DNA of 64,000 nucleotides from Alphaproteobacteria bacterium (lineage in GTDB: Bacteria; Pseudomonadota; Alphaproteobacteria; MPNO01; UBA830). Both the position numbers and the translations under genes were made by a program. Below the pieces are notes generated by a model. The model ran no database searches, was not told the origin of the DNA, and was given only the letters and a program-made list of their open reading frames with translations. Of the stretch, positions 41,421 to 51,362 are shown in pieces. The stretch is taken from assembly GCA_964291215.2 (NCBI GenBank), contig OZ219791.1, forward strand, positions 1,539,200 through 1,603,199, read 5' to 3'. Numbering within the stretch: position 1 is the first letter of the stretch; every line of letters starts with the position of its first letter.

Positions 41421-42728
41421 ATGAAGGAAAACAGTCTGCAAGACACACACGCTGACATCTTCGAACTCTACGCAGAGGATCCCGAAAGGGCGGATCGCGT
41501 CGTGTTCGGACGCGAACCGCACGGTGACCGCCGAGGATTCCTGAGAGGCGCCGGACTCGCCACCATGGGAGCGGTCATAGGTTCCGCCATCCCGTTTCAC
41601 CGCAACATGCCGTCAGGCTTCATTCCCGAGGCCATCGCCGCCAATCCGGTGAAGATCGCCGGCAAGGACGGGCTTACCGTGCTCAACGACCGGCCGGTCA
41701 ACGCGGAGACCCCGGCGCACCTGCTCGACGACGAGGTAACTCCGACGGCCCGCCATTTCATCCGCAACAACGGTATCGTCCCGACGGACATGGATCCTGC
41801 AAAATGGCAGCTGCGGATCGACGGGCTGGTGAACACCCCGATGACCCTCGGCATCGAGGATCTGAAGAAGAGGTTCGAGGTCGTGACGCAGCGCCTGACC
41901 ATCGAGTGCGGTGGCAACGGCCGGGCATTCTTCGATCCGCCGGCGCGCGGCAACCAGTGGACGCTCGGCGCGGTCGCGTGCTCGGAATGGACCGGGGTCC
42001 GCCTCGCCGATGTCCTGAAGGCAGCGGGCGTGAAGGAAAATGTCGTCTACACCGCCCATGTTGGCGCCGATACGCACCTGTCGGGGACGGAAGGCAAGCT
42101 TCCGATCTCGCGCGGCGTGCCGATCGATAAGGCAATGAACCCGAGCAACCTCATCGCATTCGCGATGAACGGGGGCGCGCTCCACTCGATGAACGGCGCG
42201 CCGCTTCGGCTGGTGATTCCGGGATGGCCGGGGTCGTGCTCGCAGAAGTGGATCAAACGGATCTGGTTGAGGGATGTCGTGCATGACGGGCCCAAGATGA
42301 CCGGCTCTGCCTACCGGGTCCCCGACTACCCGGTTGCGCCCGGCGAAAAGGTGCCGAAAAACGCCATGAAGATCATCCACGCGATGCCGGTCAAATCCCT
42401 GATCACGACGCCGAAGACGGGACTGTCCATCACCGGACGAAAGCTCGCGGTTGCGGGCCACGCGTGGGCCGGCGACAACGAGGTGACGCGGGTCGACGTC
42501 TCGATCGATTTCGGAGCGTCCTGGCAGCCCGCCGATCTCAGGCCCCCGGCCAATCCCTACGCCTGGCAGCGGTGGTCGGCGGAACTGTCGTTTCCGGAAA
42601 AGGGCTACTACGAGGTCTGGGCGCGGGCGATCGACGACGAGGGCACGAGCCAGCCGTTCGCCATTGCATGGAATCCCAAAGGGTATCTCAACAACTCGAT
42701 GCACAGGATCTCCGTGCGCGTCAGCTGA
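41421..42728 (+). CDS. sulfite dehydrogenase-like molybdopterin oxidoreductase (SorA/SorT-like)
   Basis: Tat signal RRGFLRGAGLATMG, Mo-ligand cysteine block IECGGNGRAFF, sulfite-oxidase-family length. AAGGAGG lies upstream of the ATG. Confidence 0.85.
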   Translation: MKENSLQDTHADIFELYAEDPERADRVVFGREPHGDRRGFLRGAGLATMGAVIGSAIPFHRNMPSGFIPEAIAANPVKIAGKDGLTVLNDRPVNAETPAHLLDDEVTPTARHFIRNNGIVPTDMDPAKWQLRIDGLVNTPMTLGIEDLKKRFEVVTQRLTIECGGNGRAFFDPPARGNQWTLGAVACSEWTGVRLADVLKAAGVKENVVYTAHVGADTHLSGTEGKLPISRGVPIDKAMNPSNLIAFAMNGGALHSMNGAPLRLVIPGWPGSCSQKWIKRIWLRDVVHDGPKMTGSAYRVPDYPVAPGEKVPKNAMKIIHAMPVKSLITTPKTGLSITGRKLAVAGHAWAGDNEVTRVDVSIDFGASWQPADLRPPANPYAWQRWSAELSFPEKGYYEVWARAIDDEGTSQPFAIAWNPKGYLNNSMHRISVRVS

Positions 42729-42733
42729 CCGCC

Positions 42734-43183
42734 ATGGCGCTACTCGCGTACGCCGCAGCATTCGCCGCTGCAGCCTGGACCGCGTTCATCCTGTTCGTTG
42801 CCGTCCTGTCGGGGACGGGAGTGCAGATGGCACAGCCTGGCGCCACGGCGCTCCCCGCTCCGCAGGCGTCTGCGACCGTACAGGTCGCCACGCCTGCGGC
42901 TGACGTCGACGAATACCAGGGGCTGCCTCCGGGCATCGGCCGCGACGAGGTGCTCGGCCTCTGCGGCGCCTGCCATTCAATGAAGCTCGTCACCCAGCAG
43001 GGCCTGTCGCGTTCGACATGGTCCGAAGTCCTTGAGTTCATGGTCGAGGAACAGGAGATGGCCGAGCTCGAGCCGGACGACGAGAAGCTGGTGCTCGATT
43101 ATCTCGAAAAGTTCTACGGCCCGGACCGGCTGGCACTGCAACTGAAACGCGAGGCCGGCGCGGCACCATCCGGAGGCAACTGA
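42734..43183 (+). CDS. membrane-anchored monoheme c-type cytochrome (SorB/SorU-like partner)
   Basis: 149 aa from MALLAYAAAF (N-terminal TM segment). A single CGACH heme-binding motif. Starts 6 nt after the previous stop. Confidence 0.75.
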   Translation: MALLAYAAAFAAAAWTAFILFVAVLSGTGVQMAQPGATALPAPQASATVQVATPAADVDEYQGLPPGIGRDEVLGLCGACHSMKLVTQQGLSRSTWSEVLEFMVEEQEMAELEPDDEKLVLDYLEKFYGPDRLALQLKREAGAAPSGGN

Positions 43184-43260
43184 CGGCCAGCACGGGAGAA
43201 CATGAGGGACGCGGGACCGCCGAATTGCCAGTTTCGACATGAAAACGCATTATACGGCAC

Positions 43261-45612
43261 ATGCAGAACACCCGACCAATCGCGTCCGGGATCGGCAGCC
43301 TCGTAGGCACACCGGCAATTCGCCTCGAAGATGACGCGCTGCTGCGGGGCAGCGCCAGGTTTCTCGGTGACATCCACCTGCCCGGCGAGACCCACGCGGC
43401 ATTCCTGCGCTCGACAGAGCCGCATGCCGACATCCGTGACATCGACATCTCGGAGACCCTTCTCCAGCCCGGCGTGATCGCCGTGCTCACGGGCCGGGAT
43501 CTCGCCGCCGACGGCATCGGCGGCATCCCCTGGGAGGTCGTTCCGCCGGCAGCGACGATGGACGGGCGCAAGGTGCCGCCCGGGGATCCTTCGATCGCGC
43601 GGCCGCAACCGGCGATGCCCGCCGACCGGGTCCTCTACGCGGGACAGATCATCGCCATGGTCGTTGCCGAAACCGCGGACGCCGCGCGCGACGGTCTCGA
43701 ATCGATTGCCGTGGACTACGAGCCGCTAGCCGCCGCCATCGACATTGAGGACGCTCTGGCCGAGGACGCTCCCGTCATCGATCCGCAGTTCCCGGACAAT
43801 ATCTGCTTCCGCGTGGCCTACGGCGACAGGAAAGCGACAGACGCAGCGTTCGCCCGGGCATCGCATGTGACGCGCATCCAGCACGTGCATAACCGTGGGG
43901 TGGGCGCCCCGATCGAGACCAGGGGCTATATCGGCAGTTGGAATCCGGAGCCCGGAAAATTCACGCTTCACGCTACGGCCGGCAAGCCGCATCCGATCCG
44001 CGACACGCTGGCCAGGTTCTGCTTCTTTTGCGATCCGGACAAGATCCGCGTCGTCGTGCCGCGCCTCGGCGGCGGATTCGGCGCCAAGAATGTCCTTCAC
44101 AGCGAACAGGTTCTGGTTCTCTGGGCGGCGCGCCGGATCAGGCGCCCGGTGCGGTGGATATCCGACCGTTCGGAGTCCTTTCTTGGCGACGTTCACAGCC
44201 GCGACCTCTTCGGACACGCCGAGTACGCATTCGATTCGCGGCACCGGCTTCTGGCCATGCGGGTCACCAACAATGCCGCACTCGGCGCCTACTTGGCACC
44301 GCGCGCCGTCAACCCGGTCCGCAACTCAGTCAAGATCGCACCGTCGGTCTATGACGTGCCGACCGGATATCTCGAAGCACGCGCCGTGTTGACCAATACC
44401 GTGCCAACCTGCCCCATACGCGGCGCCGGCGAGCCCGAGGGCCAGTACATTCCAGAGCGGTTGATGGACGCCTCGGCGCGGGAACTCGGCCTCGACCGAA
44501 CCGCCCTCCGCCGCGCCAACCTGATCGCGTCGGACGCCCTGCCCTACAGGACGGTGACCGAATTCACGTATGACAGCGGCGAGTTCGAGGCCAATCTCGA
44601 CCGCGCGCTGGAGCTCGCCGACCGCGAGGGGTACGACGCCCGCCGCGCCGGCTCGCACGGGCGCGGACTGCTGCGCGGCTTCGCCGTGTGCAACACCATC
44701 GAGGCGCTGGCCTCGGGACTCGACGAGGAATCCGACATCAGGTGCCGTCCCGACGGCCTCGTCGAACTGCGCATAGGGTCGATGTGCAACGGCCAAGGCC
44801 ACGACACCGTCTATGCCCAAATCGCCGCCGGCATGCTCGGCATCGCGATGGATAGGGTACGGGTCATCCAGGGCGACACCGACGACATCGCCTACGGGAC
44901 CGGAACCGGAGCCTGCCGCTCGCTGGTCATTGGCGGTTCCGCGGTAGTGCAGTCGGCCGACAAGCTCATAGAACTCGGCCGGGAGGCCGCGGCGCGCCGG
45001 CTCGAAGCGGCGCCCGAGGATATCGAGTTCACCGACGGGACCTTCTCCGTGGCAGGGACGGACCGGACACTGGCTTTCGACCGGATCGTGGAAGGTGAGG
45101 ACGGTCTCGCGGCATCCAGCCGTTTCGTGCCCGAAAACTTCTCCTATCCCACCGGCGCCCATTGTTGCGAGGTCGAGATCGACTCCGAAACCGGCGCCGT
45201 TCATATCGACCGCTATGTCATGGTCCATGACTGCGGCACGCCGGTGAACCCGACGCTCGTCAAGGCGCAGCTCCGCGGCGGCGTGGTCCACGGCCTCGGC
45301 CAGGCGTTTTCCGAGCATGTCGTCTACGACCGCCGGAGCGGCCAGATACTGTCGGGATCGTTCCTCGATTACGGCCTTCCGCGCGCCGACGACATTCCGA
45401 GTTCATGCTTTGTCTGCGAACTCAGGCCGGTCCCGGCTCCGACCAATCCGCTGGGCGCCAAGTCGATCGGCGAGGCCGGCGTCGCGATATCGCCGATTCT
45501 CGCGGTCAACGCCGTGGTCGACGCCCTAGGGCCGCTCGGCGTGACCGACATTTCGATGCCCATGACGCCGGCGCGGGTGCGTGCCGCCATCGGCGGGGCT
45601 GCAACAAACTGA
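43261..45612 (+). CDS. xanthine dehydrogenase/CO dehydrogenase-family molybdopterin-binding large subunit
   Basis: 783 aa with an aldehyde-oxidase/XDH a/b-hammerhead and MoCo-binding domain pattern throughout. Confidence 0.88.
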   Translation: MQNTRPIASGIGSLVGTPAIRLEDDALLRGSARFLGDIHLPGETHAAFLRSTEPHADIRDIDISETLLQPGVIAVLTGRDLAADGIGGIPWEVVPPAATMDGRKVPPGDPSIARPQPAMPADRVLYAGQIIAMVVAETADAARDGLESIAVDYEPLAAAIDIEDALAEDAPVIDPQFPDNICFRVAYGDRKATDAAFARASHVTRIQHVHNRGVGAPIETRGYIGSWNPEPGKFTLHATAGKPHPIRDTLARFCFFCDPDKIRVVVPRLGGGFGAKNVLHSEQVLVLWAARRIRRPVRWISDRSESFLGDVHSRDLFGHAEYAFDSRHRLLAMRVTNNAALGAYLAPRAVNPVRNSVKIAPSVYDVPTGYLEARAVLTNTVPTCPIRGAGEPEGQYIPERLMDASARELGLDRTALRRANLIASDALPYRTVTEFTYDSGEFEANLDRALELADREGYDARRAGSHGRGLLRGFAVCNTIEALASGLDEESDIRCRPDGLVELRIGSMCNGQGHDTVYAQIAAGMLGIAMDRVRVIQGDTDDIAYGTGTGACRSLVIGGSAVVQSADKLIELGREAAARRLEAAPEDIEFTDGTFSVAGTDRTLAFDRIVEGEDGLAASSRFVPENFSYPTGAHCCEVEIDSETGAVHIDRYVMVHDCGTPVNPTLVKAQLRGGVVHGLGQAFSEHVVYDRRSGQILSGSFLDYGLPRADDIPSSCFVCELRPVPAPTNPLGAKSIGEAGVAISPILAVNAVVDALGPLGVTDISMPMTPARVRAAIGGAATN

Positions 45613-45628
45613 TGACCGGAGGACCGAC

Positions 45629-46699
45629 ATGCCGCTCCTGATTAACAATGACGTCACCTCCCGGGTTCTCGTCACCGGGGAGGCCATCGACGTCATGGAG
45701 GATGCCTTCCGCCAGTACGCCGAGGGCATGGCGATGTTCCAGACCCGGACCGACATGTGGTCGCCGACGGCCGCCCAGGGGGACTATTATCGCTGGGGCT
45801 CCCTGATCGGCGCGATTTCCGACCCGCCGACGTTGGCGTTCCGCTTCAAGTCCGACATCCTGACCTGGCGCGAATACGGCGGTGCAGTCACCGAGGAATG
45901 GCACTGCGTCGAGCCCGGCAGCTATTGCGGCTTCATCCTGCTGATCGACACATCGAACGGCGAACTCATCGGCATGCTCAATGACGGCATTATCCAGCAT
46001 GAGCGCGTTGGCGCCACCACCGGGGTCGGCGTCAAGTACCTCGCACGCGAGGATTCCAGAGTTGTCGGCATGCTCGGATCGGGCGGCATGGCGCGGTCCT
46101 ACCTGCGCGCGATCCGCGAGGTCCGGAACATAGAGGAATGCCGGGTCTATAGCCCGGCACCAGAGAACAGGAAGCGCTTCGCGGCCGAGATGTGCGCGGA
46201 GCTGGGCATCCGGGTGATGGCGGTCGAGGATCGCGAGACGGCGCTCGCCGATGCCGACATCGCGACGCTCTGCACGGATTCCCGCGTACCGATCTTCACC
46301 GGCAACATGGTCGGGCTGCTGCGGCCCGGCGCCCTGATCGTCAATGTCCGCCACGACGAGATCGACGCCGAGACCTACGATGCCTGTGATCGCGTCGTAA
46401 TCACCTCGAACACAAGGCTCAACGATTTCGTGATGGGATCGGAGGAGGACCGCAACCGGCGGCCGATGGATGTCCATTACCGCCGCCGCTATCGGAACAC
46501 GGAGTTCGAAGAGCTGCCGCCGATCACCGCCGGACAGAAGCCGGGCCGGCAGGACGAGTCCGAACTGATCTTCTTCCACAACATCTCCGCCGGCATACAG
46601 TTCGCCGCCGTCGGCCGGCTGGTCTACGAGCGCGCGCGCGAACGCGGGCTCGGCACGCCGCTGCCGATCGAATGGTTCCTCCAGGATATCCGCAACTGA
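45629..46699 (+). CDS. ornithine cyclodeaminase/mu-crystallin family protein
   Basis: 356 aa from MPLLINNDV, preceded by GGAGGA. Rossmann block VVGMLGSGGMARSYL. Confidence 0.82.
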   Translation: MPLLINNDVTSRVLVTGEAIDVMEDAFRQYAEGMAMFQTRTDMWSPTAAQGDYYRWGSLIGAISDPPTLAFRFKSDILTWREYGGAVTEEWHCVEPGSYCGFILLIDTSNGELIGMLNDGIIQHERVGATTGVGVKYLAREDSRVVGMLGSGGMARSYLRAIREVRNIEECRVYSPAPENRKRFAAEMCAELGIRVMAVEDRETALADADIATLCTDSRVPIFTGNMVGLLRPGALIVNVRHDEIDAETYDACDRVVITSNTRLNDFVMGSEEDRNRRPMDVHYRRRYRNTEFEELPPITAGQKPGRQDESELIFFHNISAGIQFAAVGRLVYERARERGLGTPLPIEWFLQDIRN

Positions 46700-46784
46700 C
46701 CCGGCGGCGGACGACAAGCCCATGCCTGCGGGCGAGCGGTCCGCCGCCGGGGCACGCGGCGATGCCGTCACGCCATCCCCGACC

Positions 46785-47285
46785 ATGACGGACGACCTCC
46801 AGGCCGCGATGGCGGATCTCCTGCTCCTGCGGGAGATCGAGGCCTTCCTCATCCGCGAGGCGGCGCTCCTCGACGAACGCAGGCTCGGCGAATGGGCAGC
46901 GCTGTTCTCCGAGGACGGCTACTACTGGGCACCGGCGTCGCCCGGCCAGGGGGATCCGCACGACGCTCCGTCGCTGTTCTTCGATGACGCGCCGGCGCTC
47001 AGGGCGCGTTACGGAGAGGCGGGCGGCGGCCTTCCGCCGTCGCGCACGAACCATCTGGTCTCGAACGTGACCATCGAATCGCAGAACCGCAGGCTCGACG
47101 CCTTCGAGGTCGGTGCACGCTTCGTCTTGATCGAGGTCCAGCCCGGACAGCCGGCGCGCCTGTTCAGTGGCCGCGCCGAGTACGCGCTCTTGCGCAAGGC
47201 GCCCCCGGTCTTCGAGATCGCGGCGAAAAAGGCGACGATCGTCAATTCGGAAGGCATCGCCTTCGCGATCGCCTTGCCCTTCTGA
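46785..47285 (+). CDS. aromatic-ring-hydroxylating dioxygenase beta-subunit-like (NTF2/SnoaL fold) protein
   Basis: 166 aa from MTDDLQ. Beta-subunit-like pattern (IEAFLIREAALLDERRLGEWAALFSEDGYYW...TNHLVSNV). Confidence 0.7.
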   Translation: MTDDLQAAMADLLLLREIEAFLIREAALLDERRLGEWAALFSEDGYYWAPASPGQGDPHDAPSLFFDDAPALRARYGEAGGGLPPSRTNHLVSNVTIESQNRRLDAFEVGARFVLIEVQPGQPARLFSGRAEYALLRKAPPVFEIAAKKATIVNSEGIAFAIALPF

Positions 47286-47436
47286 CCCGCCGCGCGCGTC
47301 GGAACGGAAGAGGAATACTCACCCGCCGCCCCAAACCGACTGCGCGCAACACTCAAAGCGCCGCGCCAGCCTCCACGCCGGAACTTTCAAGCAGCCGTCG
47401 TTAACTCGCCGTTCATGAGGCCTTATATAGCGGCCC

Positions 47437-47880
47437 ATGAGAATTGGCTTTCGATTTCTATCCGCGGCAACGGTTGATTGGCTGAAGGCGGCGTCGGTTG
47501 CCGAGGGCGGCACGCGCTCGTCACTGGCGCAGGAATTGTGCGAGCGTGAGGACTGGCGCAACGCGAAGGGCGGGCTGTGCCTTGCCACGGCGCGTGCGGC
47601 TCTGCCTGATCTTGCCTCGACGCTCGGCATCGTTCTTCCTGCACCACGGCCTCACGGCCTCAACACCGGCATCCTTGATCGGGCCTATCCCGACAAGCCA
47701 CTCGCATGTTCTCTGGAGGAGCGAGGTCACCGTGGAGCCGGTCGGCGACGGCGAGGACAAGCGCATGGCCCGGTCGATGAGGGCGAGGTGCGCGGCGCCC
47801 GGAGTGAGCTACTGGATCACCTTGTCGCGTCACGGCCGCCTCGGCGGCCTGGTGTTCCGTGCCGCCAGTTGGTGTTGTCG
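47437..47880 (+). pseudogene. DUF4338 (DruA-like) gene fragment, frameshifted and 3-prime truncated
   Basis: The N-terminal part ...SSLAQELCEREDWRNAKGGLCLATARAALPDLASTLGIVLP continues in another frame as EVTVEPV...SYWITLSRHGRLGGLVFRAASW. It is homologous at nucleotide and protein level to 56.8 kb. The family name is from memory. Confidence 0.5.
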
Positions 47881-48155
47881 GTTGCATAAAACGGCGGGAT
47901 TTCGGCGATTCGCCGCGCTTTTCAGGATCGTGTTTCTTTCTTGTTGTTATGTCCTGTTGTCGCGGTTTCAGTGTTTGTCTGTTTGTCACAGTATCAGGCT
48001 GAAAGACGCCGGAAACACTCCCCCTGCGACAAAAACCCGATCAAAGCCTGCGCACGTTCATCGGTACCTTCAAAACCATCGCCTCGCACTGTTGAATACC
48101 ACACCGGACCCCGTCCATCCCTACAATGAACTGCGCCTGCCAGTAGCTCATAACT

Positions 48156-48352
48156 CACGCTGATCCCACGCTGCTGATCCAGCGACGACTAGCGAAATTC
48201 TTCAATCTGCGTCGCGCTGCAATCGTGCCACCAAGGCTCGATGAGCCCTTCGCGGCACAAAAGATTGCAATCAAGGGGGGGGGCGATTTGTGATGACGCG
48301 AGCCTCAACGTACTCGGATTTCGCGCCTCCGAATTAGCATGGGATCATCGTG
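48156..48352 (+). mobile_element. MITE copy 3, 197 bp
   Basis: Termini are CACGCTGATCCCACGCTG ... TTAGCATGGGATCATCGTG. Flanked by CTCATAACT / CTCATAGCT (8/9). Contains a G9 run at 48275..48283. Confidence 0.85.
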
Positions 48353-48448
48353 CTCATAGCTTTGGCCGGCTTGACTATCGCACACGGTGACGCTATTGCA
48401 GGCACCGTGCACCAACCTGATCGAATTCAACAGACACGGGAGGACCAG

Positions 48449-49486
48449 ATGATCCAAGGAATTGTGCGCGGCATTCTTCCAGCCGCCGCGGTCGTTGCGC
48501 TCGGAATAGCGCCAGCGGTGGCAAAGGACATGAGAGCCGTCACCTCACTTCAGCAGACCAACACACTGACCAAGAGTTTCCTTCAGACAATGGTCGGGCC
48601 GCACAACGCGGCGGCGGATCAGACACTGAAGATCGTCTATATCGGCGGCCAGGAAATCGTCCCACCGCGCAAGGCCGCGAACGCGCTTAAGCGGGGGCAG
48701 TTCGACATGCTGCATTCGCCGACCGCTTACTACATCGGCACCGTGCCGGAAGGCTACGCGATTCTCGCCGCCAACCAGGGGCCGTCGGCGCTCCGCAAGA
48801 ACGGCGCGTGGAAGATTCTTGAGGAGATCTACATGAAGAAGGCTGGCGCGCACCTGCTGGCCTGGGGCGAAAGCATGACTTCGTATCACATGTATCTCGC
48901 CAAGAAGCCGCCGATGAAGGACGGCATACCGGACCTCACCGGCATGAAGATGCGTGCGACGGGAACCTACCGCCCGCTCTTCCGCGCTCTCGGCGCGTCG
49001 ACCATCAACATCAAGGGCAGCGAGATCTTCACTGCGATGCAGCGCGGCACGGTCGTAGGCTTCGGGTTCACGGATGTGTCGGTGGTTGCGAACGGCTACC
49101 ACAAGGTGACCAAGTTCCGGGTCATACCGAACTTCTACCAGACCAACACGGTCGTGACCGTGAACGCCGCTGTGTGGAAGGGCCTCAGCGACGCGGAGAA
49201 GACGGCGCTCAACAAGTCGGCTATCGAGTACGAGACGGCCTCGATCCATCTCGTAGAGAAGTGGCGCCACGAGGAGGAAAAAACCCTCAAGGAATCCGGG
49301 GTCCAGGACATCGTGCTGAAGGGCGATGCTGCGGCGCGCTATCTCGACATCGCGCACCAGGAGATTTGGAAGGAACTCAAGAAGCGGTCGGAGTATCATG
49401 ACGCGCTCAAGCCCCTGATGTATATCCCCGGCAAGCCCAACCGGCAGGTCGACCTCATGAGCGCGACCAAGCGTCTCCGCCAATAG
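48449..49486 (+). CDS. dctP: TRAP transporter substrate-binding protein
   Basis: 345 aa from MIQGIVRGILPAAAVVALGIAPAVA (signal peptide), with GGGAGGA upstream. DctP-family length and its position next to dctQM support the call. Confidence 0.85.
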   Translation: MIQGIVRGILPAAAVVALGIAPAVAKDMRAVTSLQQTNTLTKSFLQTMVGPHNAAADQTLKIVYIGGQEIVPPRKAANALKRGQFDMLHSPTAYYIGTVPEGYAILAANQGPSALRKNGAWKILEEIYMKKAGAHLLAWGESMTSYHMYLAKKPPMKDGIPDLTGMKMRATGTYRPLFRALGASTINIKGSEIFTAMQRGTVVGFGFTDVSVVANGYHKVTKFRVIPNFYQTNTVVTVNAAVWKGLSDAEKTALNKSAIEYETASIHLVEKWRHEEEKTLKESGVQDIVLKGDAAARYLDIAHQEIWKELKKRSEYHDALKPLMYIPGKPNRQVDLMSATKRLRQ

Positions 49487-49499
49487 TCCCGTCCATTCG

Positions 49500-50015
49500 A
49501 TGGACGCATTCGACGAGGTCCTCGGAAAGGTCTCGACGGCGCTGGCATGGGTTGCCAGCGCCGTCATACCCTGCCTGTTCACGATGATCGTTATCGACGT
49601 GTCGCTGCGCACGGTCGGCGTTACGCCGCCACTGTTCACGTCGTCGGTGGTCGAATACGCCCTCCTCTACATCGCGATGTTATCGGCGCCGTGGCTGGTG
49701 CGCCAGAAGGGGCATGTCGCGATCGAAGCATTCGTCTCCATACTGCCGCCCGTGATACGGGAGCCGCTGGCCCGTGTCGTCTATGTCATCTGCTTCCTCG
49801 CCGCACTCCTGTTCACGTGGTTCGCGTGGGGGCTCTTCATCGAGACCGCCGAGTCGGGACAGCTCGATGTGCGCGGCGTCGACATGCCCTACTGGGGGCA
49901 GTTCCTGCCGATGATGATCGGCTTCGCTCTCGTCGCCCTCGAATTCCTGATGTATGTCGCCGGCCGCCGCCACTACTACTCCTACGACCTCGGCGAAGTG
50001 AAGGACAGCGTCTAG
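49500..50015 (+). CDS. dctQ: TRAP transporter small permease
   Basis: 171 aa with four TM segments, immediately upstream of and abutting dctM. Confidence 0.85.
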   Translation: MDAFDEVLGKVSTALAWVASAVIPCLFTMIVIDVSLRTVGVTPPLFTSSVVEYALLYIAMLSAPWLVRQKGHVAIEAFVSILPPVIREPLARVVYVICFLAALLFTWFAWGLFIETAESGQLDVRGVDMPYWGQFLPMMIGFALVALEFLMYVAGRRHYYSYDLGEVKDSV

Positions 50016-51362
50016 ATGGAATGGTACTGGGCCGGGACGATTCTTCTGGGGTGCGTTATCAGCGGAATGGCCCTCGGATTTCCGGTGGCCTTCACATTCC
50101 TGATCACCAACATCATCGGCACCTGCATCTTCGTCATCCGTGCGCCGATCTGGGATATCGGCGCCTTCCTGCAGGAAGCCGGCATCAAGCTGCCGCAGAT
50201 CGTCGACAACGCGCCGCAGCTGATCACGACTTTCACCCTGTCGCCGATCCCCATGTTCATCCTCATGGGATCGTTGTTCTTCCACACCGGACTTGCTATC
50301 CGGGTATTCGACGCCCTCGACACACTGCTCGGCAGGATACCCGGGCGGTTGTGCTACCTGACGGTTATCGGCGGATCCCTGTTCTCGACGCTGACTGGGT
50401 CGACGATGGCGAACACCGCCATGCTCGGCTCGCTGCTGGTCCCCGAGATGCAGCGTCGAGGCTACAACAAGCACATGTCGATGGGACCGATCCTCGGCAC
50501 CGGCGGCCTAGCGATGATCATTCCGCCTTCGTCGCTCGGGGTTCTGCTGGCGAGCATCGCCGGCGTCGATGTCGGCGCACTCCTGATCGCCGGGCTCCTG
50601 CCCGGCTTCCTGCTTGCCGGCCTCTATGCCGGAATGATCACGCTGATGCTGATCATCAACCCCGACGCTGCGCCGAGCTACGATGTCGAGCCCACTACCT
50701 GGGCGCAGAAAGTCTTCCAGATCTCCGTCAACATCCTGCCGATGGGCTTCGTTGTCTTCCTCGTCATCGGCTTCATCGTGCTCGGCTGGGCCACGCCATC
50801 CGAATCAGCATCGTTTGGTGTCGTCGGCGTCTGCATCCTGGCCCTGGTGCGCCGCGTCTTCACTTGGGGGGCCTTCAAGACGTCGCTGATTGGCACCATC
50901 CGGGTCGTCGGCATGGTGTTCTTCATCCTCATGAACTCCACCGTGTTCAGCCAGCTCCTGTCGTTCTCCGGCGCGAGCCGGGGTTTCGTGTCGTGGGCCA
51001 CGGGGTTTGAGGTTGCGCCGCTGGTTATCCTCATGGCGATGTTCCTGGTCCTGATTCTGCTCGGCATGTTCATGGACCAAGTCTCGATGATGCTGATCAC
51101 GGTGCCGATCTTCTATCCGATCGCGACCCAGCTTGGATACGACCCGATCTGGTTCTCGCTGATCGTGCTGATGTCGCTGGAGATGAGCGCGACGACGCCG
51201 CCGTTCGGACTACTGCTCTTCATAATGATGGGCATGGTAAGAGGCACCACGCTGGGACAGGTTGCGCTCGCGGCCGCGCCCTACCTCTTCTGCGACCTCG
51301 TGCTCATCGTGATCCTCATCATCGCACCCGGCATCGCGCTCTACTTGCCAAGCCTGATGTGA
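50016..51362 (+). CDS. dctM: TRAP transporter large permease
   Basis: 448-aa polytopic DctM-type protein. Confidence 0.92.
   Translation: MEWYWAGTILLGCVISGMALGFPVAFTFLITNIIGTCIFVIRAPIWDIGAFLQEAGIKLPQIVDNAPQLITTFTLSPIPMFILMGSLFFHTGLAIRVFDALDTLLGRIPGRLCYLTVIGGSLFSTLTGSTMANTAMLGSLLVPEMQRRGYNKHMSMGPILGTGGLAMIIPPSSLGVLLASIAGVDVGALLIAGLLPGFLLAGLYAGMITLMLIINPDAAPSYDVEPTTWAQKVFQISVNILPMGFVVFLVIGFIVLGWATPSESASFGVVGVCILALVRRVFTWGAFKTSLIGTIRVVGMVFFILMNSTVFSQLLSFSGASRGFVSWATGFEVAPLVILMAMFLVLILLGMFMDQVSMMLITVPIFYPIATQLGYDPIWFSLIVLMSLEMSATTPPFGLLLFIMMGMVRGTTLGQVALAAAPYLFCDLVLIVILIIAPGIALYLPSLM

Noticed and set aside
48350-48448. ATG 48350 as the start of the TRAP binding protein.
   Set aside because: This ATG lies inside the terminal repeat of MITE copy 3. 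ATG 48449 has GGGAGGA upstream and is followed directly by a signal peptide.
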